Shown here: piece after piece, positions 24,521-43,260 of the stretch
How positions within the stretch are numbered: the first letter of the stretch is position 1
How the letters are laid out: every line of letters starts with the position of its first letter
Assembly: GCF_000315625.1 (NCBI RefSeq)
Contig: NW_005434623.1
Location: forward strand, 481,369 to 531,802
Direction of reading: 5' to 3'
Origin: Guillardia theta CCMP2712
Taxonomy: Eukaryota > Protista > Cryptophyta
Length of the DNA stretch: 50,434 nucleotides
Position numbers and translations under genes: made by a program
The notes under the pieces: generated by a model
Databases searched by the model: none
Told to the model about the DNA's origin: nothing
The model's input: the letters and a program-made list of their open reading frames with translations, nothing else

Positions 24521-25475
24521 ATGCAGCGCGAGTCTTTGTCGAGGCTGGACATTCGAGAGTCTGTCAACACCCAGCAGAGTCTGCGTGAATGCTTGGAAAA
24601 TCTCAAGATAGACAACGTCTCAGAGTTGTCAAAGTTCAGGCAGGAGGAGATCCGTGAGCTGGACCTGCCGTCAGAAGCCAAACAGTCTCTGCTGTCATTG
24701 CATGCCCATTGCATGGACGAGAACACGACTCTCAAGGATCTGTTAGAAAGTCTTGAGCAGGAGGACTCACAAGGTCTATGCAGCTCTCCCAGTCCCCTCG
24801 TTCACTCTCACCTCAGATGCCAAGTTTCGCATTTTGCGCTCGCGAGAGTTGAGAAATGTTCAGCAGAGTCACACAATCAGGTGAGGAGTCAAAGACTTGT
24901 GTGTCTCGTGACATCTCCCCACCTTGTCCTACTCTCAGGCGTCTGTCGGACCTCTCGCTGTCAAGCAAGGAGCATGCTCTCCTCAGCGATCGGGGGCATC
25001 TCGGGTCAGCGTCCACGGCGTCGAAGAGTGAGCAGAAGGCTTGCTCGAAGTCTTGTGACTCTCCCGAAGCCTCTCAGCCCAGCGCGAGGACCTCGGGAAA
25101 GAGAAGTCGATCCCTCGTCGACCTCCCCGACTGGTTCCTCCAACCTCTTCTTCTGCTCTTGCGCCCTGAGACTTTCCGCAGGAGGCCAGGAGAATTCAAG
25201 AGGCCTTGTCCTCAGTTTAACTATCCTCATGAAATCAGCTGGACCACCTTGATCACCGAGGTGAAGCTTCATCTTCGCCCTCGTTCTCCTTCACTACACT
25301 TCTACTTCTTCACTCCCCCCTTCTCTTCCTCCTGCTTGAATTATCCATGCCTTCTCCCTGCCTCTACTCTCTCTAAGCATCTTTGGGGCTTGTCTAGACC
25401 ATCAAGGACGTCTACAAGGAATACTTCTGCAAGCGATCGTCCTCTAACAGCGCCCTCAACTCCTATAAGTGGTAA
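24521..25475 (+). CDS. Multi-exon hypothetical protein, possibly SAM-like N-terminus
   Basis: Exon MQRESLSRLDIRES...LENLKIDNVSELSKFRQEEIRELDLPSEAKQSLL..., GT-AG introns, last exon TIKDVYKEYFCKRSSSNSALNSYKW*. Confidence 0.55.
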
Positions 25476-25621
25476 CGTAGTCGCTCCTCCCTCCTCCAGT
25501 ATTTCGTCACCCCTCCTCCATCTTTCTCTTCTCCTCTTCTCCTCCCTCCGTCCATCCCCTTTTGCCCCTGCGTTCAGATGCCTGAAGCGACCCCGGTTGC
25601 TTGTGAGTACCGTTTTTTGTC

Positions 25622-30916
<5,295 letters not shown>

Positions 30917-31167
30917 TTGAAAGCAGGTGAACTTGTCTCATCCTTACTGTCCTGCTCTGCTCTGCTCTGCTCTGCTCTGCTCTGCTCTGCTCTGCTCTCT
31001 TCTTTCTTCTCCTTCCCTGCCTTTCCTTACTTGTTCCAACACCCTGACCCCGTTCATTTCTTCCTTCCTTCCGTTCATCGTTTCTTCCTCTCCTCTCCTA
31101 CCCCCGGTCTTCTCCTCTCTTCTTTGTTCTCTTTCCTTCTGTTCTTCTATCCTTCTCTTGTGTCGCC

Positions 31168-31220
<53 letters not shown>

Positions 31221-31331
31221 TCCTCCTCCTCCTCCTCCTCCTCCTCCAGTCTCATTTCCTTCTCGAGTCGCATCGTCCTGCTTTACTCATCATCATAGGG
31301 CAGTAAATTTCAGGCTAATACAGAAGTCGCT

Positions 31332-33462
31332 GTGGTCCCTTGGGCGGGTCTGATGCTCCTGTCAGGCCACGTCCCCGTCACAATTCTGACGGGCTTTCTC
31401 GGAGCGGGCAAGACGACGCTGCTGAATCACATCCTGACCGGAGCGCATGGCCTCAAGGTCGCGGTCATCGAGAACGAGTTCGGCGAGGTGATGGCGGCAG
31501 GAGATGTGAGAATGATCCCTTTCTCAGCTGAGGGAGGGACGGCAGGTCGGCATCGACGACAGCCTGGTGAAGCAGCGGTTTGAGACCCAGGAGGAGATCT
31601 TCGAGATGAACAACGGGTGTATCTGCTGCACTGTGAGGTAGACGGAGAGGGCGGGGAGAAGAGAGAAGGAGGAGTAAGATTTTGCTTCAGAGGTGACCTC
31701 ATACGGATCTTGAGCAAGATCTTGAAACGAAAGACCAGGCTCGACGCTATCTTGATCGAGACTACAGGTTTTTCTCCACCGTTCTGCTCTCCTCGTCCAC
31801 CTCTCTTCCTCCTCACCCTTCCCCCTCCTGGGGCTCTCCCTCTCTGACATCATCCGCCTCCAGGAGTGGCTGACCCAGCGCCCGTGATTCAAACTTTCTT
31901 CATGGATGAAAGTATCAGGGTGTGTGCTGCAATTCAAAATCCCTCCTTGTCCTCGTGCTCGCTCTCGCTCTTGTTACCATCCTCCTCCTCCTCCTCCTCC
32001 TCCTCCTCCTCCTCCTCCTCCTCCTCCTCCTCCTCCTCTTGTCTTCCTCGTCCCTCTTTCTGCTGTTCTCGCAGTTGGTCGGGTCTGATGTCATCGCAAG
32101 GCTCAAGCAAAAGTCGATGCTGTGCTGACAGTGGTGGACGCTAAGGTGACGCTTGTTGCTTGAGCGAGGAGGTGACAGGAAGCAGCACATCCTCCAGCAT
32201 CTCGACGAGGAGAAGCCGGAGGGGGTCGAGAACGAGTCGATCGAGCAGGTCGAGGGCTTGAGGGGAGGAGCGCGTAACCTTGTGCTCAGGTTGTCTTTGC
32301 TGACAAGATCCTCCTCAACAAGATCGACCTGGTTTCCGAAGAGCAGCTCCGAGAGGTGGAGGGTCGCTCCCTCCCCGCTGCCTCGCCTCCTCATCCTCCT
32401 CCAGGTCCAGCAGCGACTTCGTCAGCTCAATCGCATGTCCGAGATCATTCCCTGCCAGATGGCGCAAGTGGTATGCTCCTCCTCCCTTGTCGCTGCTGCT
32501 GCTGCTGCTGATCCCTTAGCTCCCTCCGCCTCCTCGTCGCTTACTGGCTCTCTCAGCCCGTCGACAAGATCCTGGGCATCGGAGCCTTTGACCTCGAGGT
32601 TCGATGCTGACGTGGCATGAGATGCTGACATGAGGGCAGCGCATCATGAAGATGGAGCCAGACTTCCTTAGTGACCATGTGCGCTACTGCTGCTCCTCTA
32701 TCCTCCTCCTCCTCCTCCTCCTCCTCCTCGTCCTCGTCCTCGTCCTCTACCCGTGCCGTCTCCTTGCTTGTCAGGCGATGCATCAGGCGCGTGTCTCACG
32801 TGCTGCAGGAGCACATGCACGACTCGGCTGTGACGAGCGTTGGGATCATGCGAGAGGTAACGGCCCGGTTCACGAGTGAGTGAGTGAGTGAGTGAGCGTG
32901 CAGGGGGAGCTCGACCTGGACAAGACCAACGGATGGATCAGGTGATGGCTAGGAGGAGGAGGAGAAAGAGGAGGAGGAGGAGCAGCAGCAACAGCGGCAG
33001 AAAAGAGAGAGGGAGGAGGGGTGTGAACTAGTGGCAGCTCGTTGCTGAAGGAGAAGGGACAAGACATCTATCGATCTAAAGGCGTTCTATCTATCAAGGT
33101 GAAGAACCCTCCTGCTTGCCCGAGCAGTTCGTCTAACGCCCTTGCAGGGTATGGACTCCAAGTTTGTGTTCCAGGTTCCCCTCTCCTCCTCTCCTCTCCC
33201 CTCCTCCCTCACTTCCCGTAGGGTGTGCATATGATGTTTCAAGGAGAACCACATTCGCCTTGGGGAAAGGATGAAGTTCGCGTGAGTGAAGGGAGGAGGG
33301 GAGGGGAGAGGAGGGGAGGGGAGGGGAGGGGAGAGGAGAGGAGAGGAGAGGAGAGGAGAGGAGGATCTGAGAGCGCAGCAGATGAACAAGCTCGTCTTCA
33401 TCGGCAAGAATCTTGATCGCCAGCAGCTCAACCAAAGCTTCGAAGCTTGTCTGATTAAGTGA
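31332..33462 (+). CDS. COG0523/CobW-family (ZNG1/CBWD-type) G3E GTPase metallochaperone, many exons; start uncertain
   Basis: [16 protein letters not shown] (Walker A), [24 protein letters not shown] (CxCC), IETTGVADP, NKIDL, CobW_C YRSKG...FQGVH...[11 protein letters not shown]. Stop TGA at 33460-33462. Confidence 0.93.
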
Positions 33463-34282
33463 AGTCTCTAGTCTCCGCCCACTGTCCTTCCATTGTCCTA
33501 CTTTTTCTATATTCAATCCAATTTCCTCAAGCTTGTGTCAAACCACATGACCACTACCCCCACTCTTTCCGTTCGACTACCTACCCAATCCAGCAAGTCC
33601 AGCCCTTAACCCTACCCCTCACATTTACTCCAATCCTTCTGGATGGACTAGGGGAGAATACAACCCCCCGATTTCTTGGACCCTCCTTATCGCAAATACC
33701 CACCCCTCTCACTTCTTCGTACGAAAGGGCATGAACTGATGGCAGAGCAGAGTTCTGCAAGGAACAGCAGAGGAGAGAGGAGACAAGAGGAGGAGAGAGA
33801 GAAGAGAGAAGAGAGAAGAGAGAAGGGAAGGGAAGAGAAGGAGGGGAGGGGAAGGGAAGAGAAGAGAGAAAGGGAGGAGAGAGAGTGGGATAGGAGGATG
33901 AATCGGAAGAACAAGATTCGCAGGAGAAGAGCATGAAGGGAAGAAAGAAAGATTTAAATAGGAGTAGAGTCAAGAGGAAAAGCGGAAAGGGAGAGGGTAA
34001 GGAGTAAACGGAGGTGAAAGAGGAAACGAGCGAAAGAAATGACCTCAGATATGAACGCAATATGCAAACCGAATGAGAGGGCGAGGAAGGACACGCGAAG
34101 AGGGCAGAGGGGCGAGGGGCAGAGAGGCAGAGAGGCAGGCATGACGACGACAATAGTGCGTGTGAGGGGATCAGGCTCAAGAGAGCTTCCAGGGTGATGA
34201 GAACGCACGGGCTGCTCTTTCTTGTCACCCGTGGCGACTATGCTGCCATGGTAGCAAAGACACTCCAGCATTGAAACTTGTG

Positions 34283-34325
34283 TACATGAGTGTTGATACA
34301 TGAGTGTTGATACATGAGTGTTGAT
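34283..34325 (+). repeat. 14-bp tandem repeat (TACATGAGTGTTGA)x3
   Basis: Seen directly, ~80 bp upstream of the LysM gene ATG. Confidence 0.92.
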
Positions 34326-34406
34326 GACTTCAAGTCTTCGCAGTGAGCAGGCAAACGTGATGAGCAATCAGTGAGGGCGACAAGGTTTGCGATCGAGTTG
34401 AGGAGG

Positions 34407-37197
34407 ATGAGAGGCTTCCTGCTGGGAGGTCTCTTCTCCCTCCTGATCGTTGAAGCGATCGGGTATGCTCGATTACTTACTTGTTCCTCGATGCTGATGT
34501 GTGTGCTTGCAGATTCGACAACACGCGAGCAGGAAAATATCTCGTCTTCAGAGAATCCTCGAGCTCCTTTATGAGCGTGAATTCTTCCTCTCTACATTCT
34601 TTTTCTTCTTTGACGGTGACTTTCCATCTGCTTTGGTTTGCGGCTCCTCGTTTGATCTTCTCCTCTTTCTCAGCTACAATCTTTCGTCCGCGTGGTTGAT
34701 TCGCGCTTCTCAAGCCCCTCCTCTTCCACTGGCACTGCATACATCCCCATCATGGGCAACATGAAGAACAGCACCAGTAAGGGTTACCAACTGTCGTACA
34801 GCTGGACGGGAGCGAGCGGCAGTAGCTCCTTCTGCCTCCAGGCGTTTCTGAGCGAAAGCGCGAGCTCGTCAAAGCTCGAGCAAGTTTGCACCAACATCAA
34901 TCAGGCGAAGTCAGACTGGTGGCTGCTGACTGGTCGCATAGAAGTGACCGGCGGCAGCACCGTCACCCTCTATCTGTACGCGAGAAGCAGCAGCGCATCG
35001 CAGTGGGCGATCGAGACCATGTCGAGCAGCGCAAGGTGAGATGTTTCACTTCCCCGATAGGACGAGTGTCTGACTGGATGTTCAGCTACTCTCGTCCCCT
35101 CGCCCTCGAGCCGTTTGCCCTCTTCCAGGTGGGCGCCGGCAGCGGGTCCAGCAAGATCTATGCGAACGTGGACCTTGACGAGATTCGGATCTACCGCGAT
35201 GTCGCGCTCAACACCCGAGACTTGTACGAGAGCTCCACGAGCTGTCCCGTCTCCTCGCAGGGTCTCTTGCTCAACGTATCTGACCTCGCGAGCATCTCCA
35301 GCTCTCCCCCTCTTCAGCTTCAGTCCTCCGGGGTCACTGCTGCCTCTGCTGTGCAGCTCGTGCCGCCTGCACATGGGCAGGACCCGATGAATCAGACGTA
35401 CCTCGACCGAGCGCCTGTCGCTGTTGCCAGGTCCTCAGGGGCCTTGACCGTCGACCGAGTCAATTATAGAGCCTTCACAGGGCTACCGTTGGACGCCTGG
35501 AGGCTTCAGACAGACCTCGGGATAATCGACGATGCGACCCCAGCAGCGATGGTGTTTGTGGATGCGAACACCAACGACAAGGTGATTCAGAAAGAGTTCC
35601 TGGTCTACAATCAGATGGCCATATCCGATGTCTCTGTTCAAACGTATCCCAACGACGCTGCGTTGGGATGCTTCGACAGCAACTGCATGGCTGTAACTTG
35701 GAATTTCTGCCTTGGCCCCTTTCTTCCCGGTCTCAACTTGTGCAACCGTACTGCTCCCAAGTTCTCATACCTCAGTAAGACTTGGAGCGTTCCGTCCGGC
35801 CGAGGATGGAAGATATCGATTGCCTACACCAACCAAGTCTGCTACCCTCCCCTCTCCGCCATCTTGAAGTACGAAAGCATGTACGTCTTCGAAGCTGCTC
35901 CGGAATGGGCCTGTGTTGGCGATCTGTTTCCTCTTAGCCAGGATCTGAAGGACTGCGCCATCCCGAACCGAGTCTTCAACCTCACGGTCGGAGAGACGGT
36001 CAACATCAACTTCTATGCTTTCGATCGCAACGTGGACGACCGAGTCAAGATCGACTATGCCGACTACAGTCAGCGGCCTGCCTCAGGTAGCCTCGTGCAC
36101 GCAGGCGCAAGCAGCTTTCAGCGATCGGGCTACACGTTATGGAACCAGACGTTCTCGTTCAAGGCGAGGGAGGTCGACCGAGGGCAGTCGTACAAGATCT
36201 GCATGCGAGCCACCTCCTACCCCTCTTCGGGCAGCCAGGCAGCGTACGAGGCCTACGTGGGCGACGCGATCGCCACGAGACCAGAGGGAACCTGCGGGCA
36301 GGGAGGAGCCTGCCTGCCTGCCTCGCTTGTGGACCGCTGCTTCTCCATCGGCATCTCTCCCAACATGGTTCTCTTCGGCTGCCCCTCCTCCAGCTCCGAC
36401 TGTGTCCCCCAGGACTACGAGGCTGGCGGGCGATATGCCGAAGGTGCTGTGATCCGCTTCCGGGCGACTGGAAGCAGCTGCGCAAGCCCGGTCTACCTCA
36501 ACGCTCGCTACCTCCTGCCATGCGCCGATTGCTCGCAGAGCCTTGTCAGCATAGTGGTGGACCCCTACACCCGGGCCCCGAGCAACTTCCGCATCACGAG
36601 GGTGGCAGACAAGTTTCAGATCGACTGGACGCCCTCCCTCCAAGACTTCGCCGCCTCCCTATGCCTTGTCGCTCAGTCCACCATCCCCATCAGCGCCTCT
36701 CGCCGCTGCTTCCAACTCCGCGTGCTCAAGTGCCGGCACTGCTTGCGAGATGGAGAGACGCTGCAGGATGTGGGGAAGCTCTACGGGACTGACTGGCTGC
36801 AGCTCTACATGTCAAACCCTCACCTCACAAACCCCGACGACATTCCGAGCGCCTATGCTGACCTCAGCATCGGGGTCACCTACCGGGTGCGACCTGGCGA
36901 CTACATCGACCGCCTAGCCGACAAGTTCCTCATGACTAGGAGCCGGTTGGAAGCGCTAAACCCCGAGCTCAAAGTCAACGACGTCCTCCAGCCGGTCAGT
37001 CTCCTCCCATCTTGCTCTTGCCGATCTCCTCCACCCTCCTCCACTCTTGCTCTCGCATTGATTCTTCCTTTCTGCTCTCTTGCTCTCTCTTCTGTCACTG
37101 TCTGATGGTCTTCTTCCTTCAGGAGCAGGAGATTTGCATCCTTCCCCCGGTGTGCGACATCGAGTGCTTGTTCGGTTCCCAGTGTAAAATTATTTGA
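34407..37197 (+). CDS. Secreted Cys-rich protein with N-terminal LamG/concanavalin-like domain and two C-terminal LysM domains
   Basis: Signal peptide MRGFLLGGLFSLLIVEAIG. LamG-type LDEIRIYRDVAL. LysM1 HCLRDGETLQDVGKLYGTDWLQLYMSNP; LysM2 YRVRPGDYIDRLADKF...LEALNPEL...LQP|EQEICILP. Confidence 0.85.
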
Positions 37198-37339
37198 CAT
37201 GGTTGCAATCGTCTCAACTATTATCTCAATTGTTATCTCGTAACATCTCCTCACACCAAATGGCTGTTTCTCAGCATCATCCCAGACCGTTACAGTCCTG
37301 AGCGTCAAGCGTCATCCTCCATCAACTTCTTATCCTCTC

Positions 37340-38081
37340 TCACCTCGCCAAGGCTGCATAAAGGCTTCGCACGTGCTGAAGCTCCTCCTCCTTCTCCTCC
37401 TCCTCCTCCGAGTTTTCCGTCGGGAGGGACCCGCGTATGTGCGATCTCAGCCCCTGTGCCTGCAACATCGAATAAGATGCATGAGAATAAAGCGCGTCTC
37501 CTCCTTTCGTCCTACCAAAGTTGGTGTAGATGCTGTCAGTGTCGCCCACGACTGCAGCAGCATCAGACTTGGGAGCGAATATCAACGGCAGCATCACCGC
37601 CGTTGTCGAAGGCTTGACGATTGAAGATGAAGCACTTGAACCCGTCGTTGTCGCACGCGAAGGGTCCGTTAGCTCCTCCTTCTGCTGCTAGTCCTGCAGC
37701 CTACTGGGGGTCAGCGCCAGGTGGAGGAGATGAGTGGTGGGAGGGGATCAGTACAATGATGGAAACAAAGTGAATGAGGAGGGTGATGCATGCGGATGAA
37801 GGGATTAAGCAAAAGTTCGACTGGATGTTTGGTGACACGTGTGATCGTCAAGTGAGCATATGAACAGCGCCCTACATCTGTTGCACGCATGTCATATCCA
37901 TGCTCAGCCCACGGGGCCCCGCCGGTCGGCATGCTACAGCAGGATCACAAGACGAAGAAGGGAAGGAAGAGAAATACCTGTCGTAGACCTCGTTCTTCTC
38001 TCCTGTCAGATTGAGACCCATCGTCTGCGCGGGTTCCATGGCGGAGTGGAGGTCGGTGATTTTAACGAGAAGTTCGAACAT
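37340..38081 (-). CDS. Multi-exon hypothetical protein
   Basis: First exon MFELLVKITDLHSAMEPAQTMGLNLTGEKNE; last exon ...VVGDTDSIYTNFGRTKGGDALYSH...LYAALAR*. Confidence 0.45.
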
Positions 38082-39007
38082 GATTGACCTTCCTGTCTTA
38101 TGATACACGAGGAACGAAAGTTCTTCTGATAGACACAACCTCTTTCCTCCTTCTCCTTCTCCTTCTCCTTCTCCTGCTCCTTCTTCTCCTTCTCCTACTC
38201 CTGCTCGGTCGCCCTGCTGAGTTTGTCCCTTCCCCGATCTATTCTTGATCCACCCACCCGTCATTTTTCAAGTACCACTACCCACCATATCAGCTCAATG
38301 TACCCCCTCTATTCTAATATCGATTCTGACCCCCACCCCTTTTCCTGACCAGCCTTCCCCACCCGCCTCAGGCGAGATGACTGAGATGTCCGGGGATGAG
38401 GGGTAAAGTTTCAAGAGTTGGGGCAGGGGTGGTGAAGGATAAGGGGTCATATAGTACGGGTACTTTGACTTGAAATATCCGCTCATTTATAGGGTGGGTT
38501 GTCATTGTGTCGGGGTTGTGAAGTGAGTGAAAAAGTTGGGTACAGGTCATGAAGCACCGAATCATGGAGAGGAAAAGAATGAGGCGTAGCGAGGGAGAGA
38601 GGAGAGGAGGAGGAGAGCGAGGGAAGAGACAGAGGGAGGAGAGAGGAAGGAGAGAGGGAGGAGAGAGAGGGAGACTGGATTGAGCTTGCCATGGCCTGCA
38701 AAGTAACAAATGAATGGAATGGTTCGAATGGTCCAAGTTCGAGTGGAGAGGAGAAGGAAAGAAATATTTAGTTTGACTTTCCCCGCAGCATGTTGGGGAT
38801 CCTACTGCGAGGATGAAAACAAGAAGCATGAGCGATCACATGAGTGTTATGCGGAAATGACAAAGACTGTAAGTGTGTAGATCCCTTCGGCCATTGTTGT
38901 AAGTTTGTGCTAGTACTCTCTGCCTCGCTCGCTCTTCTGACGTCCGCTGTCTCCTCTTCTGTCGCTCTCGGAGGCTCTCAACCGATATCAGCATGCTTTC
39001 TCCAATC

Positions 39008-39922
39008 ATGGCTGAGGAGGTCATCAACGCTCAGGCAAGCAACCAAGCGGCTGGTGTGGTCGGCCTGGTGAGGCTCTCCCTCCCTGACGCTGCTGCTGCT
39101 GATGTTGCTCAGGTACTTGCCTGCACGCTCTTCGCCAACTTGCTCCAGCGTTTCAACACTTCATACTGGTTCTCTTCGGACAGGTGCAAGCACCCTCCTC
39201 CCTGCTCCCTGCTCCCTGCTCCCTCCTTTCTCTCTGACTCCCTTCTTCTCGTCCCTCTAGCGTACTCGCCATCGTTATTGGCTTCATCGCGTCTGTGCCA
39301 CTCTGCACCATTTCGGGTTCGTCCACGAACACAACCCGACCAGGAAAGGTCAGAGCGAGGAGCGAGAGAGTGGGAGGGTGAGGAGGAAGAGGAGTGAGGG
39401 TATCAAGAGGTGGGAGAGTAGTTAGCGGGAGGAAGACACGAAAAGTCGAGACTAAAGACTTGACTTGCAGGACTTCGATACAGTCTTCTTCCTCTACCTC
39501 GTTCCTTCCATCCTCTACGGTGATCCTGATGAAGGGGAGGGAGAGGACGATGAAGAATGAGAAGGGAGGAAGGAGAGGTGGGAGGGGGTCTGCTCGCTTG
39601 CTGAAACGTTTCTCAGAGTCAGGATATTCTCTAAATCAGAAGGACTTTTTCCGTAACTTCACTGCCATCATTGTCAGCTCTTGTTTTCATCTCTCCCTCT
39701 CTCTTTCTTCTCACTTCTCTTGCAGCTCTATGCCGTCGTAGGCACCGTCATCTCCTCCATCGTCACCGGTCTTCCTCCTCTTTCCTCCTCCTCTCTCCTC
39801 CTCTCTCCTGCTTCTTCTTCTTTAACGATCTTACAGGCATGACGCTCTTTCAGCTTGCAAGCAAGGGGTCAGTGACGGGCATAAACGCGAGTAGCCCCAA
39901 GGAGGTAACGCCATGCGCTCCT

Positions 39923-39960
<38 letters not shown>

Positions 39961-41686
39961 TCTCCTGCTCCTGCTGCTCCTGCTCCTGCTCCTGCTGCTG
40001 CTCCTGCTGCTGCTCCTGCTCCTGCTCCTTCTCCTCTCCGTCTTTGAGTGAGTCAGACTACAGAGTCTCATGTTCGGTTCTCTTCTCTCCGCCACTGACC
40101 CCGTGGCAACTCTCGCGGTCCTCGGTCAACTTAATGGGGACCCACAGGTAGAGGGAGGGAGGCAGGGAGGGGGGGGGGTGTTGTGNNNNNNNNNNNNNNN
40201 NNNNNNNNNNNNNNNNNNNNNNNNNNNNNNNNNNNNNNNNNNNNNNNNNNNNNNNNNNNNNNNNNNNNNNNNNNNNNNNNNNNNNCATGACTGTCACTCC
40301 CAAATTCACGACGAGAAAACAGGGCAAAACTTTGGGTAAGACCAAATTAAAAAATGGAACAACAAACAAAACATAACTGGATTGCCCTTTTTTTTGGGGG
40401 GGGGGGGGGGGAGGGAGGTGGTTAGGGAGGGTTTTCTTTCTCCTTACTTGAGTTCAGCTCTACTCAATCATCTTCGGTGAGAGTGTTCTCAACGACGCTG
40501 TCGCCATTGTTCTCTTTCAGACCCTCGACAGCTTTCCGGTCAGCTCTCCTCCACTCTGTTCCCCTTTCCTACCTTCTTCTCCCTCTCCCTCTTCATCTCC
40601 CTCCCATCCTCCAACCCGTTACCATCGTCTCATCCATCTTGCAGGACGATTCTAAATTTCACGTCTCGGCCAAGTAGTTGCTCTCCCCATTTCTCCTCAC
40701 CCCTTCTCTTATCCCCGCCAGTCTTGGTGTCTCCTCCTCCTCTCCTTCTTCCTCCATCGTCCACTCCTCCTTTTACCATGTCACAGGGCAGCTTTCGGCG
40801 CTCTTGGTATGTTCCTGGGCATCAGCATCGGGTCTGTCCTGCTAGGCGCTGTGAGTCCCTGTTTCTTCCTAATCTCCACTTGCAACCATCTTATCCCCCC
40901 CCCTCCTTCCCCTCTTCTTTGTCCTCCCCTCGCCCTCCTCGTCCTACGTCTTCCTCTTCTTCGGCATCGTGCTCGTCATCGTCTCACCTCCAGCAGGTCT
41001 CGGGCTTGTGCGCTGGTTTCATCACCAAGTGGATGCTCGTCAAAGCTACTGCTCCCACTGAGGTCCCCGCCCCGCCCCTCCCCCTTCCTCCTTTCTCTCC
41101 TTCCTTCTCCCCTTCTCTTCTCCCTGCTCTTCTTCTCTGCTCTTCCTCTTCGCTCTTGGAACCTCCGACGACCCTCCTTTCCATCACCTCAAACCTGCTC
41201 CGTCAATGATCTTTCCTCATCCTCCTCCACCACCACCACCTCCTCCATCCCTTTAGCTTGGGGACGCAGGTGACGGTGATGCTCTCCATGGCTTATCTCT
41301 CCTTCATTGCCGCTGATTCTGTTGGTCTCTCCGGTCTCATGGCAGGTTCTCTCCCTCGCTCTCCCTCGCTCGCTCTCCTTCCCTCTCCCTCCCTCTCTCC
41401 TTCCCTCTCTCCCCCTCTCTCCCTCCCTCTCTCCCTCCCTCTCAATCTCCCTCTCTCCCCCTCTCTCTCTCCCTCTCTCCTTCCCTCTTAATCTCCCTCT
41501 CTCCCCCTCCCTCCCTCCCGCTTTCCTTTCCCTCTCGCTCTCCCTTGCTCTCACTCCCCTGCTCCTTCCGTCTTTCCTTGTCTCATCGTTTTCTGTCAGT
41601 TTTCTTCTCTGGTGTCGTCATGTCTCACTATGCCAAGTACAACATAAGGTGCCCTTCCTCCCCTCCTTCAACGTGTTCCTGGGATC

Positions 41687-41762
<76 letters not shown>

Positions 41763-43215
41763 GCCGCTGCTTCCTCTTACATTTTGCAGCGAGGACGGTC
41801 AGCACACGACTCATAACGTGACTCGGACGCTGGCGCACTTGTCGGAGATGCTGACATTCCTCTACTTCGGCTACACCATCCTCCCGCTCGTCAACGCTTC
41901 CTGCGCCAGGTCTTGCTGCCGCTTTTGAAGGCTTCAAGTGAAGGAAGGAGGGAGAGGTGGAGGAACGCGGACGCGGATGCAGAGATTTTGAGAGGAGAGG
42001 AGAGGAGGCGCGTTGAGGGGAATGCGTGGGAGAGGAAAAGAGGCGAAATGTGCGAGAACGAAGAGAGAGGGAGGGGGAGAGAAGGGAAGGAGAGGAGAGG
42101 AGAGGAGAGGAGAGGAGAGGAGAGGAGGAGAGGAACTGAGCAAGAGCCAGGGCGGAAAGGATGGAGGAAGTAGCTGTGATAGAGTGGAGTCTCTTCTTCT
42201 GGACCCTCTTCATGTGCTTCGTGTCGCGAGCCATCAACGTCGTTCCCCTTACCATCATCATCAACATCTTCCAGCGAAACGAGCGGAGGAAGAGGATCAG
42301 CTTCAAAAGGTCCTTCATTTCTCTCCTCCTAACCTCACCTGTCTTTTCCTCATGCTCTCTCCTACTTCAGCTCCTTCTGATTGCTGGTGCAGCATGCTCA
42401 TGATCTGGTTCAGTGGCCTGCGCGGGGCCATCGCGTTTGCTCTCTCGCTCACTTTTCAGGTCTGCAGAAGGAGGAAGAAGAGGAGGAAAGCGTGCCGGGT
42501 GTGGGTGTGCTAAAATGCGATGAGAATAGGGAAGGGGAGGCAGCGAGGAGGGAGGGGGAGAGGAAGGGAGGCAGGGGAGGCAGGGGAGGAAGGGGAGGAA
42601 GGGGAGGAAGGGGAGGCAGGGGAGGCAGGGAGGCAGGGAGGGAGAGGGAGAGGGAGCGAAGACGGGGAGGCAGGGTTAGAGGCAGGGAGGGAGGGAGGGA
42701 GGGAGGGAAGAAGAGAGGAAGGGAGGCAGACATGAGATGGGTTGTGAATATCTTAACGTCTCCTTCAGTCGCCTAACAGAAGGTTTCTCATCCCTTGCGT
42801 CATCCTCGTCGTTCTCTTCACAAACTTTTTCCTGGGCCAAGCAACAGCTCCTGTACGCTCTATCTCGTCTCCTCCTGCTGCTCCTGCTGCTCATGTTCTT
42901 TCTGTTCTTCATCCTGCACTTGCTCCTGCTTGTTCCTCTCGCTCATTCTGCTTCTCCTCGCAGCTCCTCAAGCTCCTTCGAATTCCTATTGGCATCACCC
43001 CCGACGACAACGAGGAAGAGCAGGAGGAGCCGAGGTGAGAAGGAGTCAAGGTGACTGTCGCTGAGCAAGGGAGCAGGACGGGGATAGACATACAAGACAT
43101 GTCTGCTCGCTTCCTTCCATCCCGCGGCCCAGTGCGAGTAGGGAGGATGCATGCGCTGTGGAGAAGAGTCGACGAGCTCTACCTGAAGCCTTATGTGGTG
43201 AGCACCAGCCAGACT

Positions 43216-43260
<45 letters not shown>

